From NCBI GenBank assembly GCA_963751455.1, contig CAVVUN010000003.1:32001-96000 (forward strand): a DNA stretch of 64,000 nt. The letters run 5' to 3'. Shown here in pieces: positions 1 to 9,992 of this stretch (position 1 is its first letter; every line of letters begins with the position of its first letter). The notes beneath the pieces were generated by a model. The model was not told where the DNA came from and made no database searches. It was given only the letters and a program-made list of their open reading frames with translations. This DNA is from Nitrospirota bacterium (GTDB taxonomy: Bacteria > Nitrospirota > UBA9217). A program made the translations under genes and the position numbers.

Positions 1-177
1 GATGCAGATTTTATACCCCGTAGTTTCCGATCAAAATCGTCAAAAAAACAGCAAACTGAAATATAGTGCTGCTTATTTTTGTGTACAGAAAGCGACATTT
101 CGACGGTTTTTTGACTTCTCTTGCTTTTAAATTGTAAAGATGCTAAGTTTTCATGTACAATTTCTTTGAGAAATCCA

Positions 178-1317
178 ATGATTAAGAGAGTAAACATAAA
201 AACGCTAAGCAGGCCGGGTCTCGAGAAACTATTGGTCGAAAGCGGCTTAAAAAAATATCGCGCTTCCCAGGTATTCGAGTGGATCTACAATCGATATGCA
301 GTGTCTTTTGAGGAAATGACCAACATTGCCCTGAATGATCGCATGTTTCTTGCTGATCACTTCTCCATCCCAATCTTTAAGATTTTAAAAACCGAGCGGT
401 CCGTAGACAACACCGAAAAATTCCTTTTTGAACTCGAAGATGGGCACTCTATCGAGAGCGTGCTGATTCCCGATGAAGACCGCAACACGCTTTGCATCTC
501 ATCACAAGTAGGCTGCGCGCAAGCGTGCAGGTTCTGCCTTACCGGGAGCGGCGGATTCCGGAGAAACCTCGAAGCATTTGAAATCGCAGAACAGGTGCTG
601 ACCGTTGAAAAAATCCTTGCTGCGAAATGCGCGGCCATTCAAAAAGAGGAAACAGCGGGCGTGCCGAATGCGCAGAAGAAAGGTTACGATCGGGAAGAAC
701 CATGCAGGCACATCACGAACATAGTCCTGATGGGTATGGGTGAGCCGCTGGCGAACCTGGATAATGTATTGTCGGCGCTTGAAATAATCACCACTGAGAA
801 AGGTCTGGGATTTTCGCCGAGGAGAGTAACGCTCTCCACCGACGGACTCGTGCCAGAAATCGAGAAGCTCGGAAAATCGGGCGTTAAAGTGAACCTCGCG
901 GTTTCGCTCAATGCGACGAGCGACGAGGTGAGGGACAGGATCATGCCGGTTAATAAGCGGTACCCGATCAAGGAACTCCTCGCTGCCTGTAGACGGTTTC
1001 CGCTTGAACCGAGAAGGCGCATAACGTTCGAATACGTACTGCTGCGGGGAGTAAATGATTCTGAAGAGGATGCGAGGCGTCTGGCGAGGCTGCTCAAGGG
1101 GATCAAGTGCAAGGTGAACCTTATCCCGTTTAATCCGTTTCCCGGCTCCGGATTCGGGAGACCGGACGAGGCAACAGTGCGCAAATTTCAGAAACTACTT
1201 CTTGATCATCATTACACCGCGCCGGTCAGGGAATCCCGGGGCAGGGACATCTCCGCGGCCTGCGGCCAGTTGCGCGAAAAGGTATCTTCAGGCTTTGTTT
1301 TAACTGCTTCCTCTTGA
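178..1317 (+). CDS. rlmN: 23S rRNA (adenine2503-C2)/tRNA methyltransferase RlmN, radical SAM
   Basis: CISSQVGCAQACRFC (CxxxCxxC), MGMGEP, SRGRDISAACGQL motifs; ATG at 178 preferred over upstream TTG. Confidence 0.95.
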   Translation: MIKRVNIKTLSRPGLEKLLVESGLKKYRASQVFEWIYNRYAVSFEEMTNIALNDRMFLADHFSIPIFKILKTERSVDNTEKFLFELEDGHSIESVLIPDEDRNTLCISSQVGCAQACRFCLTGSGGFRRNLEAFEIAEQVLTVEKILAAKCAAIQKEETAGVPNAQKKGYDREEPCRHITNIVLMGMGEPLANLDNVLSALEIITTEKGLGFSPRRVTLSTDGLVPEIEKLGKSGVKVNLAVSLNATSDEVRDRIMPVNKRYPIKELLAACRRFPLEPRRRITFEYVLLRGVNDSEEDARRLARLLKGIKCKVNLIPFNPFPGSGFGRPDEATVRKFQKLLLDHHYTAPVRESRGRDISAACGQLREKVSSGFVLTASS

Positions 1318-1385
1318 GCAGTTTCACAGCATGGCTTGCCGGATTGATATTCTCTTCCGTTTCCTCCATCAAAAAACAAACCGCT

Positions 1386-2072
1386 TTATTGTCCCGCGGG
1401 CTTCCGGGAATTGGCTTCGCATGCCATATGGCGGATTACTTTCCCTTTTACCATGTACACAACCATTTCAGCTATATTCGTTGCATGGTCAGCAACGCGC
1501 TCTAAATACTTTGTAATATAGGTGAGCCGAACAGCCCGGGAGATATTTTTTGGGTCCTTCAGCATATACAAAAGCAGCTCGTTGAAGATCTGCTGGTTAA
1601 GATTATCGACAAAATCGTCCGCAGCGCAGACCTGAATCGCAAGGTCCGCGTCCTTCGCAACGAACGCATCAAGGCTGTTTTTCAGCATTTTTTGCGCAGC
1701 CTCGGCCATCCTCGGGATATCGATATACGGCTTAAGAGGCGGCTCCTCATTCAACTCGATTGCGCGTTCGCAGATATCCACTGCAAGGTCTCCCATGCGT
1801 TCAAGGTCCGTGATGATTTTGATTGCCGTGGTAACGAACCGCAGGTTGCTGCCCGTAGGCTGCCAGATGGCCAGAAAGCGGATTGTCTCCTCTTCGATCT
1901 CTACATCGAAGTTATTGACAATGGTATCGCCATTGATCACCTGCAGGGCAAGTTCCCGGTCCCGCTCGACGAGTGCCTTGATCGATTTCCTTATCGCGTC
2001 CTCGACAGCCCCACCCATTTTCAGGATCTGCTCTTTGAGCTTATCGAGTTCCTGTTCTTTTTGTCTGGCCAT
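1386..2072 (-). CDS. phoU: Phosphate signalling complex protein PhoU
   Basis: DLERMGDLA and YLERVADHATNIAE repeats; last gene of pst operon. Confidence 0.96.
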   Translation of the reverse strand: MARQKEQELDKLKEQILKMGGAVEDAIRKSIKALVERDRELALQVINGDTIVNNFDVEIEEETIRFLAIWQPTGSNLRFVTTAIKIITDLERMGDLAVDICERAIELNEEPPLKPYIDIPRMAEAAQKMLKNSLDAFVAKDADLAIQVCAADDFVDNLNQQIFNELLLYMLKDPKNISRAVRLTYITKYLERVADHATNIAEMVVYMVKGKVIRHMACEANSRKPAGQ

Positions 2073-2089
2073 GGTAACTCCTTGTCAAT

Positions 2090-2217
2090 TGCAAATTTCG
2101 GATTGCGAATTGCGGATTGAAAGGCAAAGGTTTAAGAAGCTTTTATTTCGCATTCTGCTTGCGCCCAGCGATTACGAGTGCACGCGAGTGCAGGGTGAAA
2201 TCCGCATTCCGCAATCG
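2090..2217. repeat. Paired heptamer arrays (TTGCGGA-like left, complementary ATTCCGC-like right) containing an inserted mini-element
   Basis: tttcggattgcgaattgcggatt at ~2095-2118 and atttcgcattctg...aaatccgcattccgcaatc at ~2145-2216. Confidence 0.7.
2158..2197. repeat. Mini hairpin element family A, copy 1 (CYTGCRCCCAGCG...GCGARTGCAGGGTG)
   Basis: Near-identical ends at 14350-14391, 20619-20721 and a partial copy at 20741. Confidence 0.75.
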
Positions 2218-2219
2218 GC

Positions 2220-3014
2220 TTACCCAAACCTTCCCGTTATATAATCGTCCGTCTGCTTTTTATCCGGGTTCGTGAATATTTTTTCCGTGGGTCCGAACTC
2301 GATCAGTTCGCCCATGTAGAGAAAGGCCGTCATGTCGGACACACGGGCCGCCTGCTGCATGTTGTGCGTCACAATGATGATCGTGACCCGCTTCTTGAGT
2401 TCGCCAACCAGTTCCTCTATGCGGGTTGTGGCAATGGGGTCCAGGGCCGAGGTGGGCTCATCGAAGAGGATGATCTCCGGGTCCGTGGCAAGGGCGCGGG
2501 CAATGCAGAGCCGTTGCTGCTGGCCTCCCGACAGGTTGAATGCGAGGCTGTGGAGCCGGTCATGCGTCTCCCGCCAGATCGCCGCGTCGCGCAGCGCCTG
2601 TTCCACTTTATCGTCAAGAATGCTTTTCTTGGTCACCCCGCGAACGCGGAGTCCGTAGGCCACGTTTTCATAGATGGATTTGGGGAAAGGATTCGGCTTC
2701 TGAAACACCATGCTGATGCGCATGCGGACCTCAATCGGGTCCACCGCGCGGCTGATGATGTTGACGTTGTCGGGATGAAGGATGATTTCGCCCTCGTAGC
2801 GGTTGCCGTGATACAGATCGTGCATGCGGTTGAAGCAGCGGAGATAGGTCGTTTTCCCGCAGCCCGACGGTCCGATAAACGCGGTCACCTGTTTCTCGGG
2901 GATGGCAAGACTGATGTCCCTGAGGGCATGGACCGTGTTGTAGTAGAAATTCAGGTTTTTTACTTCGGCCTTGATCGCTTTTCCTGCAGTAACAGTCATT
3001 AAAACAGTCCTCAC
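2220..3014 (-). CDS. pstB: Phosphate ABC transporter ATP-binding protein PstB
   Basis: GPSGCGKT Walker [39 protein letters not shown]-terminus. Confidence 0.97.
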   Translation of the reverse strand: MRTVLMTVTAGKAIKAEVKNLNFYYNTVHALRDISLAIPEKQVTAFIGPSGCGKTTYLRCFNRMHDLYHGNRYEGEIILHPDNVNIISRAVDPIEVRMRISMVFQKPNPFPKSIYENVAYGLRVRGVTKKSILDDKVEQALRDAAIWRETHDRLHSLAFNLSGGQQQRLCIARALATDPEIILFDEPTSALDPIATTRIEELVGELKKRVTIIIVTHNMQQAARVSDMTAFLYMGELIEFGPTEKIFTNPDKKQTDDYITGRFG

Positions 3015-3015
3015 C

Positions 3016-3945
3016 TTACCATTTGATGCGCTTGCGGATTCGGGAACGGAGGTATATGGCCAATGCGTTCATGGCGAGCGTCATCAGAAGCAGAACCACG
3101 CCGGCCGCGGCTGCATTGTGTTGGAACGCCTCCTCGGGACGCGACGTCCAGTTAAACATCTGAATGGGCATTACCGTGAAAGGATCCAGTATCCATTTAA
3201 ACGAAACAAAGGGAAACTCCGGTGTTACAGGCGAATGGGGAAGAAAGGCGATGAAGGTAAGCGCGCCAATGGTGATGATGGGCGCGGTTTCGCCGATGGC
3301 CCGCGACAGCCCGATAATAACGCCCGTCAGGATTCCGCCCGTTGAGTAGGGCAAAACATGGTTCCAGACCGTCTGCCATTTGGTCGCGCCGAGCGCGTAA
3401 GCCGCCTCTCGGATGCTCCCCGGCACCGCCCTGATGGCCTCCCGTGTGGCCACGATCACGACCGGAAGAATCAGCAGCGCCAGAGTCAGGCCGGCAGACA
3501 GGATGCTTTGTCCGAGCCCAAACGTATAAACGAAGAGCCCGAGGGCTAAGAGCCCGTACACAATGGACGGCACGCCGGCAAGGTTCGTGACGTTGATCTC
3601 GATGATCGCGGTGAGCCAATTCTTGCGCGCGTACTCCTCGAGGTAAATCGCCGACGCGATTCCCAGGGGTACCGCCGCAAAGGCCGTCACGAGCATCACG
3701 AGCACGGTCCCGACCCAGGCAGAAAGGATGCCGGCGCTCTCAGCCCTTCGGGACGGGAACGAGGTGAAGAAATCAGCGTTAAACCGCGGCATGCCGTTGA
3801 TGAAAAGCTGGATGAACAGCGCCAGCAGGGTGAGAACACCCAGGAGCATGCAGAGAAAACCGACGACCGCGAAGATATAATCCCATCGTTTGTGACGGGA
3901 AATGATGGCGCGGATCTCTTCCGCTTTTTGCACAATCATCCGCAT
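3016..3945 (-). CDS. pstA: Phosphate ABC transporter permease PstA
   Basis: [36 protein letters not shown]; start placed at MRMIVQ. Confidence 0.95.
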   Translation of the reverse strand: MRMIVQKAEEIRAIISRHKRWDYIFAVVGFLCMLLGVLTLLALFIQLFINGMPRFNADFFTSFPSRRAESAGILSAWVGTVLVMLVTAFAAVPLGIASAIYLEEYARKNWLTAIIEINVTNLAGVPSIVYGLLALGLFVYTFGLGQSILSAGLTLALLILPVVIVATREAIRAVPGSIREAAYALGATKWQTVWNHVLPYSTGGILTGVIIGLSRAIGETAPIITIGALTFIAFLPHSPVTPEFPFVSFKWILDPFTVMPIQMFNWTSRPEEAFQHNAAAAGVVLLLMTLAMNALAIYLRSRIRKRIKW

Positions 3946-3947
3946 CC

Positions 3948-4859
3948 TCAATATACCTCCCTGACACGCTTTTTCAGGATGTAACCGGCGATATTGAAGA
4001 CAAGCGTGATCAGCATCAGGGTAAGCCCGGCTGCAAAGATGGTCTGGTACCCGATGCTGCCGTGAGGCAAGTCGCCAAGGCTCACTTGAACGATGTAGGA
4101 AGTGATCGTGGCGGCCGGCTCCATCGGGTTCCACGTGAGATTCGGCTGCATGCCTGCCGCGATTGCCACGACCATGGTCTCACCCACAGCCCGTGAGATC
4201 CCGAGAATGTATGCAGCCGCAACGCCAGAGAACGCCGAGGGGAATACAACACGCACCGCGGTCTGGAACCGGGTGGCGCCCATGGCATAGGAACCCTCGC
4301 GGATAAACATAGGAACGGCGTGCATGGCGTCCTCACTTACGGAGCTCACGTAGGGCACGATCATGACGCCCATCACGATGCCGGCTGAGAGCATGTTGAA
4401 ACCCGGCAGGTCCGGCATGACCGTTTGTAAAAGCGGTGTGACGAAGACCAGGGCGAAGTAGCCGAAGACCACTGTAGGAACGGCCCCGAGCAGTTCCAGA
4501 AAGGGCTTCACAAGCTCCCGAAGCCTGTGCGGGGCGAATTCGCTCAAATAGATCGCGATGATCGTCCCGAGCGGAATCGCCACGGCAAGCGCCACGCCTG
4601 TCGTCACCAGGGTCCCGGCCACGAGCGGCATGATGCCGTAATGCGCGTTGTCGAAAAGCGGCGTCCACTGCGTGTCGGTCAGAAACTCTTTCAGGGAAAC
4701 TTGCTTGAAAAAGGGAATGGATTCATAAATGAGGATGGCGGCGATAGCGAACGTGGTGAACACCGAGGACAGCGCCGCCAGAAGCAGAATCGCTTCGATC
4801 ACGCGCTCGCGCACGCGCCGGGCGTGTTTCCTGGTGAGTGATTGTTGAGTGCCGTTCAT
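3948..4859 (-). CDS. pstC: Phosphate ABC transporter permease PstC
   Basis: ELLGAVPTVVFG, REGSYAMGATRFQT, SRAVGETMVV; start placed at MNGTQQ. Confidence 0.95.
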   Translation of the reverse strand: MNGTQQSLTRKHARRVRERVIEAILLLAALSSVFTTFAIAAILIYESIPFFKQVSLKEFLTDTQWTPLFDNAHYGIMPLVAGTLVTTGVALAVAIPLGTIIAIYLSEFAPHRLRELVKPFLELLGAVPTVVFGYFALVFVTPLLQTVMPDLPGFNMLSAGIVMGVMIVPYVSSVSEDAMHAVPMFIREGSYAMGATRFQTAVRVVFPSAFSGVAAAYILGISRAVGETMVVAIAAGMQPNLTWNPMEPAATITSYIVQVSLGDLPHGSIGYQTIFAAGLTLMLITLVFNIAGYILKKRVREVY

Positions 4860-4886
4860 ACTGGTGAAGCTCCGGTTTACAAAACG

Positions 4887-4920
4887 AAAAAGGGCGGGGC
4901 GTCCTTCCGGGCCCCCGCCC
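4887..4920 (-). terminator. Stem-loop with U-tract between pstS and pstC (partial terminator or pstS mRNA stabiliser)
   Basis: GGGCGGGG...CCCCGCCC stem followed on the minus strand by TTTTT. Confidence 0.7.
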
Positions 4921-4944
4921 GAATTACCCGCATGAGCGGGCAAA

Positions 4945-5961
4945 TTAATGCTTGCCTTCCCGTTTCAGCAGCTCCTCCACCGACACACCCACTTCGGGCT
5001 CTCCGCCGAAACCGGTGCCGAGCTTCTTCTGCTTGAAATTTTCTGCGGCCAGCTTGTAGGCTTTGTCAGGCAGGGGCACATACTTCACCTCTGTCACGAG
5101 GCGCGGCGCGTTCTTCAGATAGAATTCCACGAACGCCCTGATCTCGGGCTTTTCCATGGACTTGGCGTTCACGTAAATGAAGATGGGCCTTGAGAGAGGC
5201 TGGTACGTGCCGTTCTTCACCGTATCGAACGAGGGCAATACGGCGGGCCTGCCTGCCTTCTCCACGATCGGTACAGCCTTGAGCTTTTTGCTGTTTTCCG
5301 CGTAGTAGGCATAGCCGAAATATCCGAGGGCAAACTTGTCGCGGGCCACACCCTGGACCAGCACGTTGTCGTCCTCGCTCGCCGTAAAGTCGCCGCGGCT
5401 GGACTTGGACTTGCCCACAACGGCCTCGGTGAAGTAGTCGAAAGTGCCCGAATCAGCGCCGGGACCGTACAGCTTGATCGCCGCATCCGGCCAGGCCGGG
5501 TTCACCTGGTTCCATTTCATGACCGTGCCCTGGGCCTCGGGCGCCCACATTTTTTTAAGTTCCTCCACGGTGATGCTCTTGAGCCAGTCGTTCTTCGGGT
5601 TCACCACAACAGTCAGAGCGTCATAGGCCACCGGCAGCTCGATGTACCGGATTCCGGCCTCCTTGCAGGCATCCATTTCCTTCTTCAGGATAGGGCGCGA
5701 TGCATCGGAGATGTCCGTTTCGTTGCGACAGAACTTCTTAAAGCCTCCGCCCGTGCCCGAAATGCCCACGGTCACTCTGGTGGCGCCCTTTGTCGCCTTC
5801 TGGTACTCCTCCGCTACAGCCTCGGTGATCGGGTATACGGTGCTGGAGCCGTCTATCTTGATGAGCGCCTCCTGGGCCTGCGTTGCTTCGGGTCCAAGGA
5901 TAAACATGGCCGTAAGGGCCACAACAAATGTTAATGCTGTTAACAATGCAATTCTTTTCAT
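4945..5961 (-). CDS. pstS: Phosphate ABC transporter substrate-binding protein PstS
   Basis: Signal peptide, [38 protein letters not shown]. Confidence 0.96.
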   Translation of the reverse strand: MKRIALLTALTFVVALTAMFILGPEATQAQEALIKIDGSSTVYPITEAVAEEYQKATKGATRVTVGISGTGGGFKKFCRNETDISDASRPILKKEMDACKEAGIRYIELPVAYDALTVVVNPKNDWLKSITVEELKKMWAPEAQGTVMKWNQVNPAWPDAAIKLYGPGADSGTFDYFTEAVVGKSKSSRGDFTASEDDNVLVQGVARDKFALGYFGYAYYAENSKKLKAVPIVEKAGRPAVLPSFDTVKNGTYQPLSRPIFIYVNAKSMEKPEIRAFVEFYLKNAPRLVTEVKYVPLPDKAYKLAAENFKQKKLGTGFGGEPEVGVSVEELLKREGKH

Positions 5962-5984
5962 TTCTTTCTCCTTCTAGAGTTAAT

Positions 5985-6027
5985 TTTATAGCATGTTAAT
6001 GTTACAGTATTGTTACAAGTTTATAAA
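5985..6027 (-). promoter_or_regulatory. Pho-box-like promoter of pstS
   Basis: Plus-strand GTTAC at 6001 and 6012 (ATAAA in phase at 6023); -10-like TATAAA (minus, 5985-5990) 10 bp away. Confidence 0.8.
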
Positions 6028-6194
6028 AATTTTAGAGTCTTTGCGGATCAATTGGGAGCCCGCAGGTCTTTTATCCCTCCTTTCATTTCCCGTAATCCTT
6101 TTGTTTTGATTACCATTACGGGCAATCTTCTCTGCAAGTCAGCTATGTTTTTTCGAGTCTCGCCGCTTGCCTATCCTGTTCATATCTCTTGCGT

Positions 6195-6587
6195 TTATGC
6201 GTTCTTACCTGCCGTCAAGCCGACATGCTCGTTCACTTTTTTTCGCAAGTCGGCGATATTGCCCTTGCAGATATAATCCCTTACACCGTGCAGCGCAACG
6301 CTCTGTCTCAAACTGTCCTCATCGTTCGATGAATAGAAGATGATCGGTGTGTTGCGGGTCCTGTCATTCCCATGAAGCAGTTCCGCCAGGTTGTCCCCGG
6401 AAAGCCCGGGCATGTTGATGTCGAGCAGGACCAGATCGGGCTGCAGCATGTTAACCAGGTTCGTCACCCCGAATCCGCTCTTTTTGGTGATCACCTCTAA
6501 TTCATCATGCTCGAGCAGTTGCTTAGTGGTGTAGAGGTGCAATTCATCATCATCGACTACGAGTACCATTTTCTTATTCCGGGTCAT
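6195..6587 (-). CDS. Single-domain response regulator
   Basis: VLVVDDD, LVLLDINMPG receiver motifs. Confidence 0.9.
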   Translation of the reverse strand: MTRNKKMVLVVDDDELHLYTTKQLLEHDELEVITKKSGFGVTNLVNMLQPDLVLLDINMPGLSGDNLAELLHGNDRTRNTPIIFYSSNDEDSLRQSVALHGVRDYICKGNIADLRKKVNEHVGLTAGKNA

Positions 6588-7774
6588 ATAAGCCTCCCTG
6601 TTCTATAGGTTGTATCGGCAAAGAAACGGTAAAGGTCGTGCCTTTGCCGTACGTGCTCGATACCGATATCATACCGTCGATCAACTCGGCCAGATTTTTG
6701 CTGATCGTCAGGCCGAGCCCCGTACCCTGGTGCGTTTTGGTTTTAACGTCCTCAATCTGGCTGAACGCGAGAAACAGCTTATCGAGGTGCTCGTTTCTGA
6801 TACCCAAGCCGGTGTCGCTGACCGAGATTTCCAACCGGCTTCCGACGATGCCGACCTCTATCACAATAGTGCCGGAATCGGTGAACTTTGCGGCATTGCT
6901 CGCGAGGTTCATCAGTATTTGCCTGAGCTTGATGGGGTCCGTAGTTATAGTCAGCGGCAGAGCGGGAACGGAGACTTCTACTTTCACCGGCTTATTTCCG
7001 ATTAGAATGCGCGCTGTCTCCGCAATTTCAGAAACGAGCGGCGAGACCGCAAAGCGGTGCTGTGTTACCTCCATTTTACCGGCCTCTATCTTTGACAGGT
7101 CGAGGATATTGGTTATTATGGTCCTGAGGCCTGTTGCGCTCGAAGATCATGAACGAGAGCCGTTCTTTTATCTGTTCGATCGAGTCTTTTTCCGCGGCCA
7201 TGCGCAGGAGCTCGGCAAGTCCGATGATGGCATTCACGGGCGACCTGAGCTCGTGGGTGACGTTCGCGAGGAACTGCGACTTTACCTGGCTGATCTTTTC
7301 AAGTTCCTGCGCGCGCGCATTCGCCACCTCTTTTTGGAGGATGCTGTTTGCCAGGGCGTTGCTTTGCTGGACCACGAGCTGCTTGACCGACAAGAGGCCG
7401 CGATAGAGCCCCTGGGGACAGGTCACAATAATCTCGTCGTAGATGTCCTGCGGCGGCCGCTCCAGGGCCATGTCGATGACCACGTCGAGCGGTTCGTTCT
7501 CGGTCACGACAAGGGGAGTGGTGTCGGTTATGACGATAACGGGGTGCTTGCCGTAGAGTTCGAAGCCGAACCTCCGGAAGAGGGTGAAGAGCAGCTTCGT
7601 CCGGGTAACCAGGCCGACGGGCTCTTTCCCATCGACCACGGCGATCGCGTCAAGCTCGGTAGTGCTGAAAAACCGCTCGGCCACGCTGTTCACGATGGTC
7701 TGCGGCGTGACCTGGTCTTTCGACGTCAGGAGTTCCCCGACGGGAAGCGCGTGTTCCTGCGTTATTGTGACCAT
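6574..7774 (-). pseudogene. CBS-domain sensor histidine kinase, split by a +1 frameshift near 7144
   Basis: CBS pair plus FLANVTHELRSP H-box in 7076..7774; removing one T restores SSATGLRTIITNILDLSKIEAGK into the HATPase ORF 6574..7074; may be a sequencing error. Confidence 0.85.
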
Positions 7775-7840
7775 GTTGTTTCCTTTCTTTCGATATGACA
7801 TTGTCAAACTTTTGCCACAGAGGACACGGAGAGCCCTATT

Positions 7841-7957
7841 AGCCGCGAAAGAACACAAGGAGCGCAGAGTGATTTAAATCTGAAATATACATTTTGGGGC
7901 CTTTCTTTGAGACTTCGACGAGCTCAGTCGAGTCGTTCTTTGCGTTCTTTTGCGGCC
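7841..7957. repeat. Paired nonamer-type inverted arrays with internal REP-like palindrome GACTTCGACGAGCTCAGTCGAGTC
   Basis: gccgcgaaagaacacaaggagcgcagag ... ttctttgcgttcttttgcggcc. Confidence 0.65.
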
Positions 7958-7989
7958 AACGTCAGTAGTTACTCTGTTTTAAAAAATAT

Positions 7990-9078
7990 CTACGCTATCC
8001 CCGCCACAGAGCGCTGCCCGTTCTCACGTATCAATGACACTGTAAACTGAGCCCCTTCTCCCGGATCGCTTACGACCATGATATTTCCTCCCATGGCTTC
8101 TACGAGCAGCTTGACGATGTAGAGCCCGAGGCCCGCCCCCTTGATCTTTTCACTGCCGCCGGCGCGGTAGAATTTATCGAAAATTCTGGGAAGTTCGTCC
8201 CTCCGTATGCCGCATCCTTCATCCTTTATCGTAACTTCCGTCCGATCTTGTCGTTCGTCGAAGTAGATCCAGACTCTGCCTGCCTCGCGGTTGAATTTCA
8301 CGGCATTGGAAAGAAGGTTTACCAGCACCTGCATGAGAGCGGTCCTGTCCGCGCGCACCGGACTCGGCGTACTTTTCATAACAGTTAGTTCTAAATTTTT
8401 TTTAGCTGCCGCATCTCGAAGGATCTCAACCGCGTCATTCGCCGCCTCGACAATATCGATCGGTTCAGACGGCAGCGTGATTCCTTCCTTCTCAAGACGG
8501 GTGAGCAGCGAAAAGTCGTTCAGGAGGCTTTGAGCGTGTACAGCGGCGGTGTTTATCGTTCTGAGATGCCTCTGCCCGTTATCGCTTCTGAGGGCAAGCG
8601 ATGAAAAACCGCCGATCGCGGTAAGGGAGTTTCTCACTTCATGGACAATATATCGGAGAGAGGTTTCGTGCTCCTGCTCCCTGGCCTGGAGCTGCTTGAT
8701 CACCTCTTGCCGGTCGACATATTTCCGTATCTTGAGCAGGACTTCTCTGATGGAAAAAGGCTTTGAAATAAAATCGTCGGCTCCCAGGCCCAGCCCCTTG
8801 ATGCGCGCCTCTTCACCGGACAGCGCCGTCAGCATGACGATCGGCACAGCCCGGCCCTTGGAGCTTTCGCGGAGAATGCGGCACACCTCCCACCCGTTCA
8901 GCTCCGGCATCATGATGTCCAGGAGCACTACCGCAGGCATGTTGCACTGCACGGCGTCTATTGCTTCTTCGCCGTTTCGCGCAAGCGCCGTCTGATAGTT
9001 TGCTTTCTCGAGGTTATAGCGGAGCAGTTCCACTATGTCATCTTCATCTTCAACGATAAGAATCAGTTCATCTTTCAT
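7990..9078 (-). CDS. Hybrid receiver-histidine kinase (REC-HisKA-HATPase)
   Basis: PhoB-like receiver (LDIMMP), VHEVRNSL H-box, NLLSNAVKF, DEGCGI, GAGLGL. Confidence 0.9.
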   Translation of the reverse strand: MKDELILIVEDEDDIVELLRYNLEKANYQTALARNGEEAIDAVQCNMPAVVLLDIMMPELNGWEVCRILRESSKGRAVPIVMLTALSGEEARIKGLGLGADDFISKPFSIREVLLKIRKYVDRQEVIKQLQAREQEHETSLRYIVHEVRNSLTAIGGFSSLALRSDNGQRHLRTINTAAVHAQSLLNDFSLLTRLEKEGITLPSEPIDIVEAANDAVEILRDAAAKKNLELTVMKSTPSPVRADRTALMQVLVNLLSNAVKFNREAGRVWIYFDERQDRTEVTIKDEGCGIRRDELPRIFDKFYRAGGSEKIKGAGLGLYIVKLLVEAMGGNIMVVSDPGEGAQFTVSLIRENGQRSVAGIA

Positions 9079-9115
9079 GCGTTATCCCCGGCTGCATTAT
9101 TAGTTTACAACCTGC

Positions 9116-9169
9116 ATTTTAATGTGTTTTTGTTACGGCAATATGAAGGGTATGTTACATGTTGGTTAC
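9116..9169 (-). promoter_or_regulatory. Pho-box-like promoter of the REC-HK/CBS-HK/RR cluster
   Basis: GTTAC 9132, ATGAA 9143, GTTAC 9154, GTTAC 9165 (11-bp period); TAAAAT (minus, 9116-9121) 10 bp away. Confidence 0.78.
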
Positions 9170-9211
9170 GACCGGCACGGAGCCGGGGAGGGCTGAGCGT
9201 GCGCTAATCGA

Positions 9212-9778
9212 TCAGGGATGCACTTCATACAATTTTATTTGTTTCGACTTGTCCGTGTCAGGAAGTTTCAGTATGTGATCAGCCGAAGGCAAAATGATTT
9301 CGATGATTGTACCTTGGCCGACCTTGCTTGAAACTGTGAGAGTGCCGCCCAGAGCCTTGATCCTGATTCCGATGCCGGGCACTGCATCGTCTTGCTTGTC
9401 GTTGTTATGATCGGCGCCGATCATCGCTGAAACCTCTTCCGCTTTCATGCCTCGTCCCGTATCCGTGACGGTCAGCCTGATATTGTCCTTCTCGCTGTTC
9501 AGAATCAGCGCGATCCTTCCGCGATCGGTGAATTTCGCAGCATTGTCCATAAGTTCGGTCAATATCCGCCTCACCATCTCCCGGTCAGAGGATATGACAA
9601 CCGGGCCCGGAGAAGCAGCATCCATCACGGTGACCCGCTTTTTCCCGATGGACTCGCGGGTGGCCTGAGTGACTTCCTGGAGCAGCGAAACGAGATCGAA
9701 GTGGACGTAGGCGGGATGAAGCGGCAGCCCCGCCTTACTCCTGAAGGACGGTAATTTTTCGGTCGTGTGCATGGACAT
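9212..9778 (-). CDS. Stand-alone HATPase_c (kinase ATP-binding) domain protein without H-box
   Basis: ELMDNAAKFT N-box, DTGRGM G1 box, degenerate G2; no HisKA seen. Confidence 0.7.
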   Translation of the reverse strand: MSMHTTEKLPSFRSKAGLPLHPAYVHFDLVSLLQEVTQATRESIGKKRVTVMDAASPGPVVISSDREMVRRILTELMDNAAKFTDRGRIALILNSEKDNIRLTVTDTGRGMKAEEVSAMIGADHNNDKQDDAVPGIGIRIKALGGTLTVSSKVGQGTIIEIILPSADHILKLPDTDKSKQIKLYEVHP

Positions 9779-9992
9779 CTCCTTTTGACAGATTGACGGT
9801 GAGTGCCTGTTTGCAAAACAATACTCTTCCGGCAAGCGCTTTCAGCGAGAACGAACTCCACATCCGGTCCGCCATGCCGGCTATCGGGAACAAGAGAAGG
9901 CATCCGGCGGAAGCCAGGATCAGCTCGATCATGTTCATCCTCAGGGCACTCACTGCTGCACGATTCGACGCATACTTTCTATTCTCTGACAA
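9735..9992 (-). CDS. Small hypothetical protein with one hydrophobic segment
   Basis: ORF overlapping both neighbours in the same orientation; no recognisable motif. Confidence 0.3.
   Translation of the reverse strand: MSENRKYASNRAAVSALRMNMIELILASAGCLLLFPIAGMADRMWSSFSLKALAGRVLFCKQALTVNLSKGDVHAHDRKITVLQE

Noticed and set aside
605-710. About 25-aa insertion in RlmN
   Set aside because: Falls in a loop that commonly varies in length; no intein or repeat signature
6638-7798. Long plus-strand ORFs such as 6638-7798, 16641-18017, 33436-34500 and 35973-37274
   Set aside because: Antisense shadows of well-supported genes with no motifs of their own
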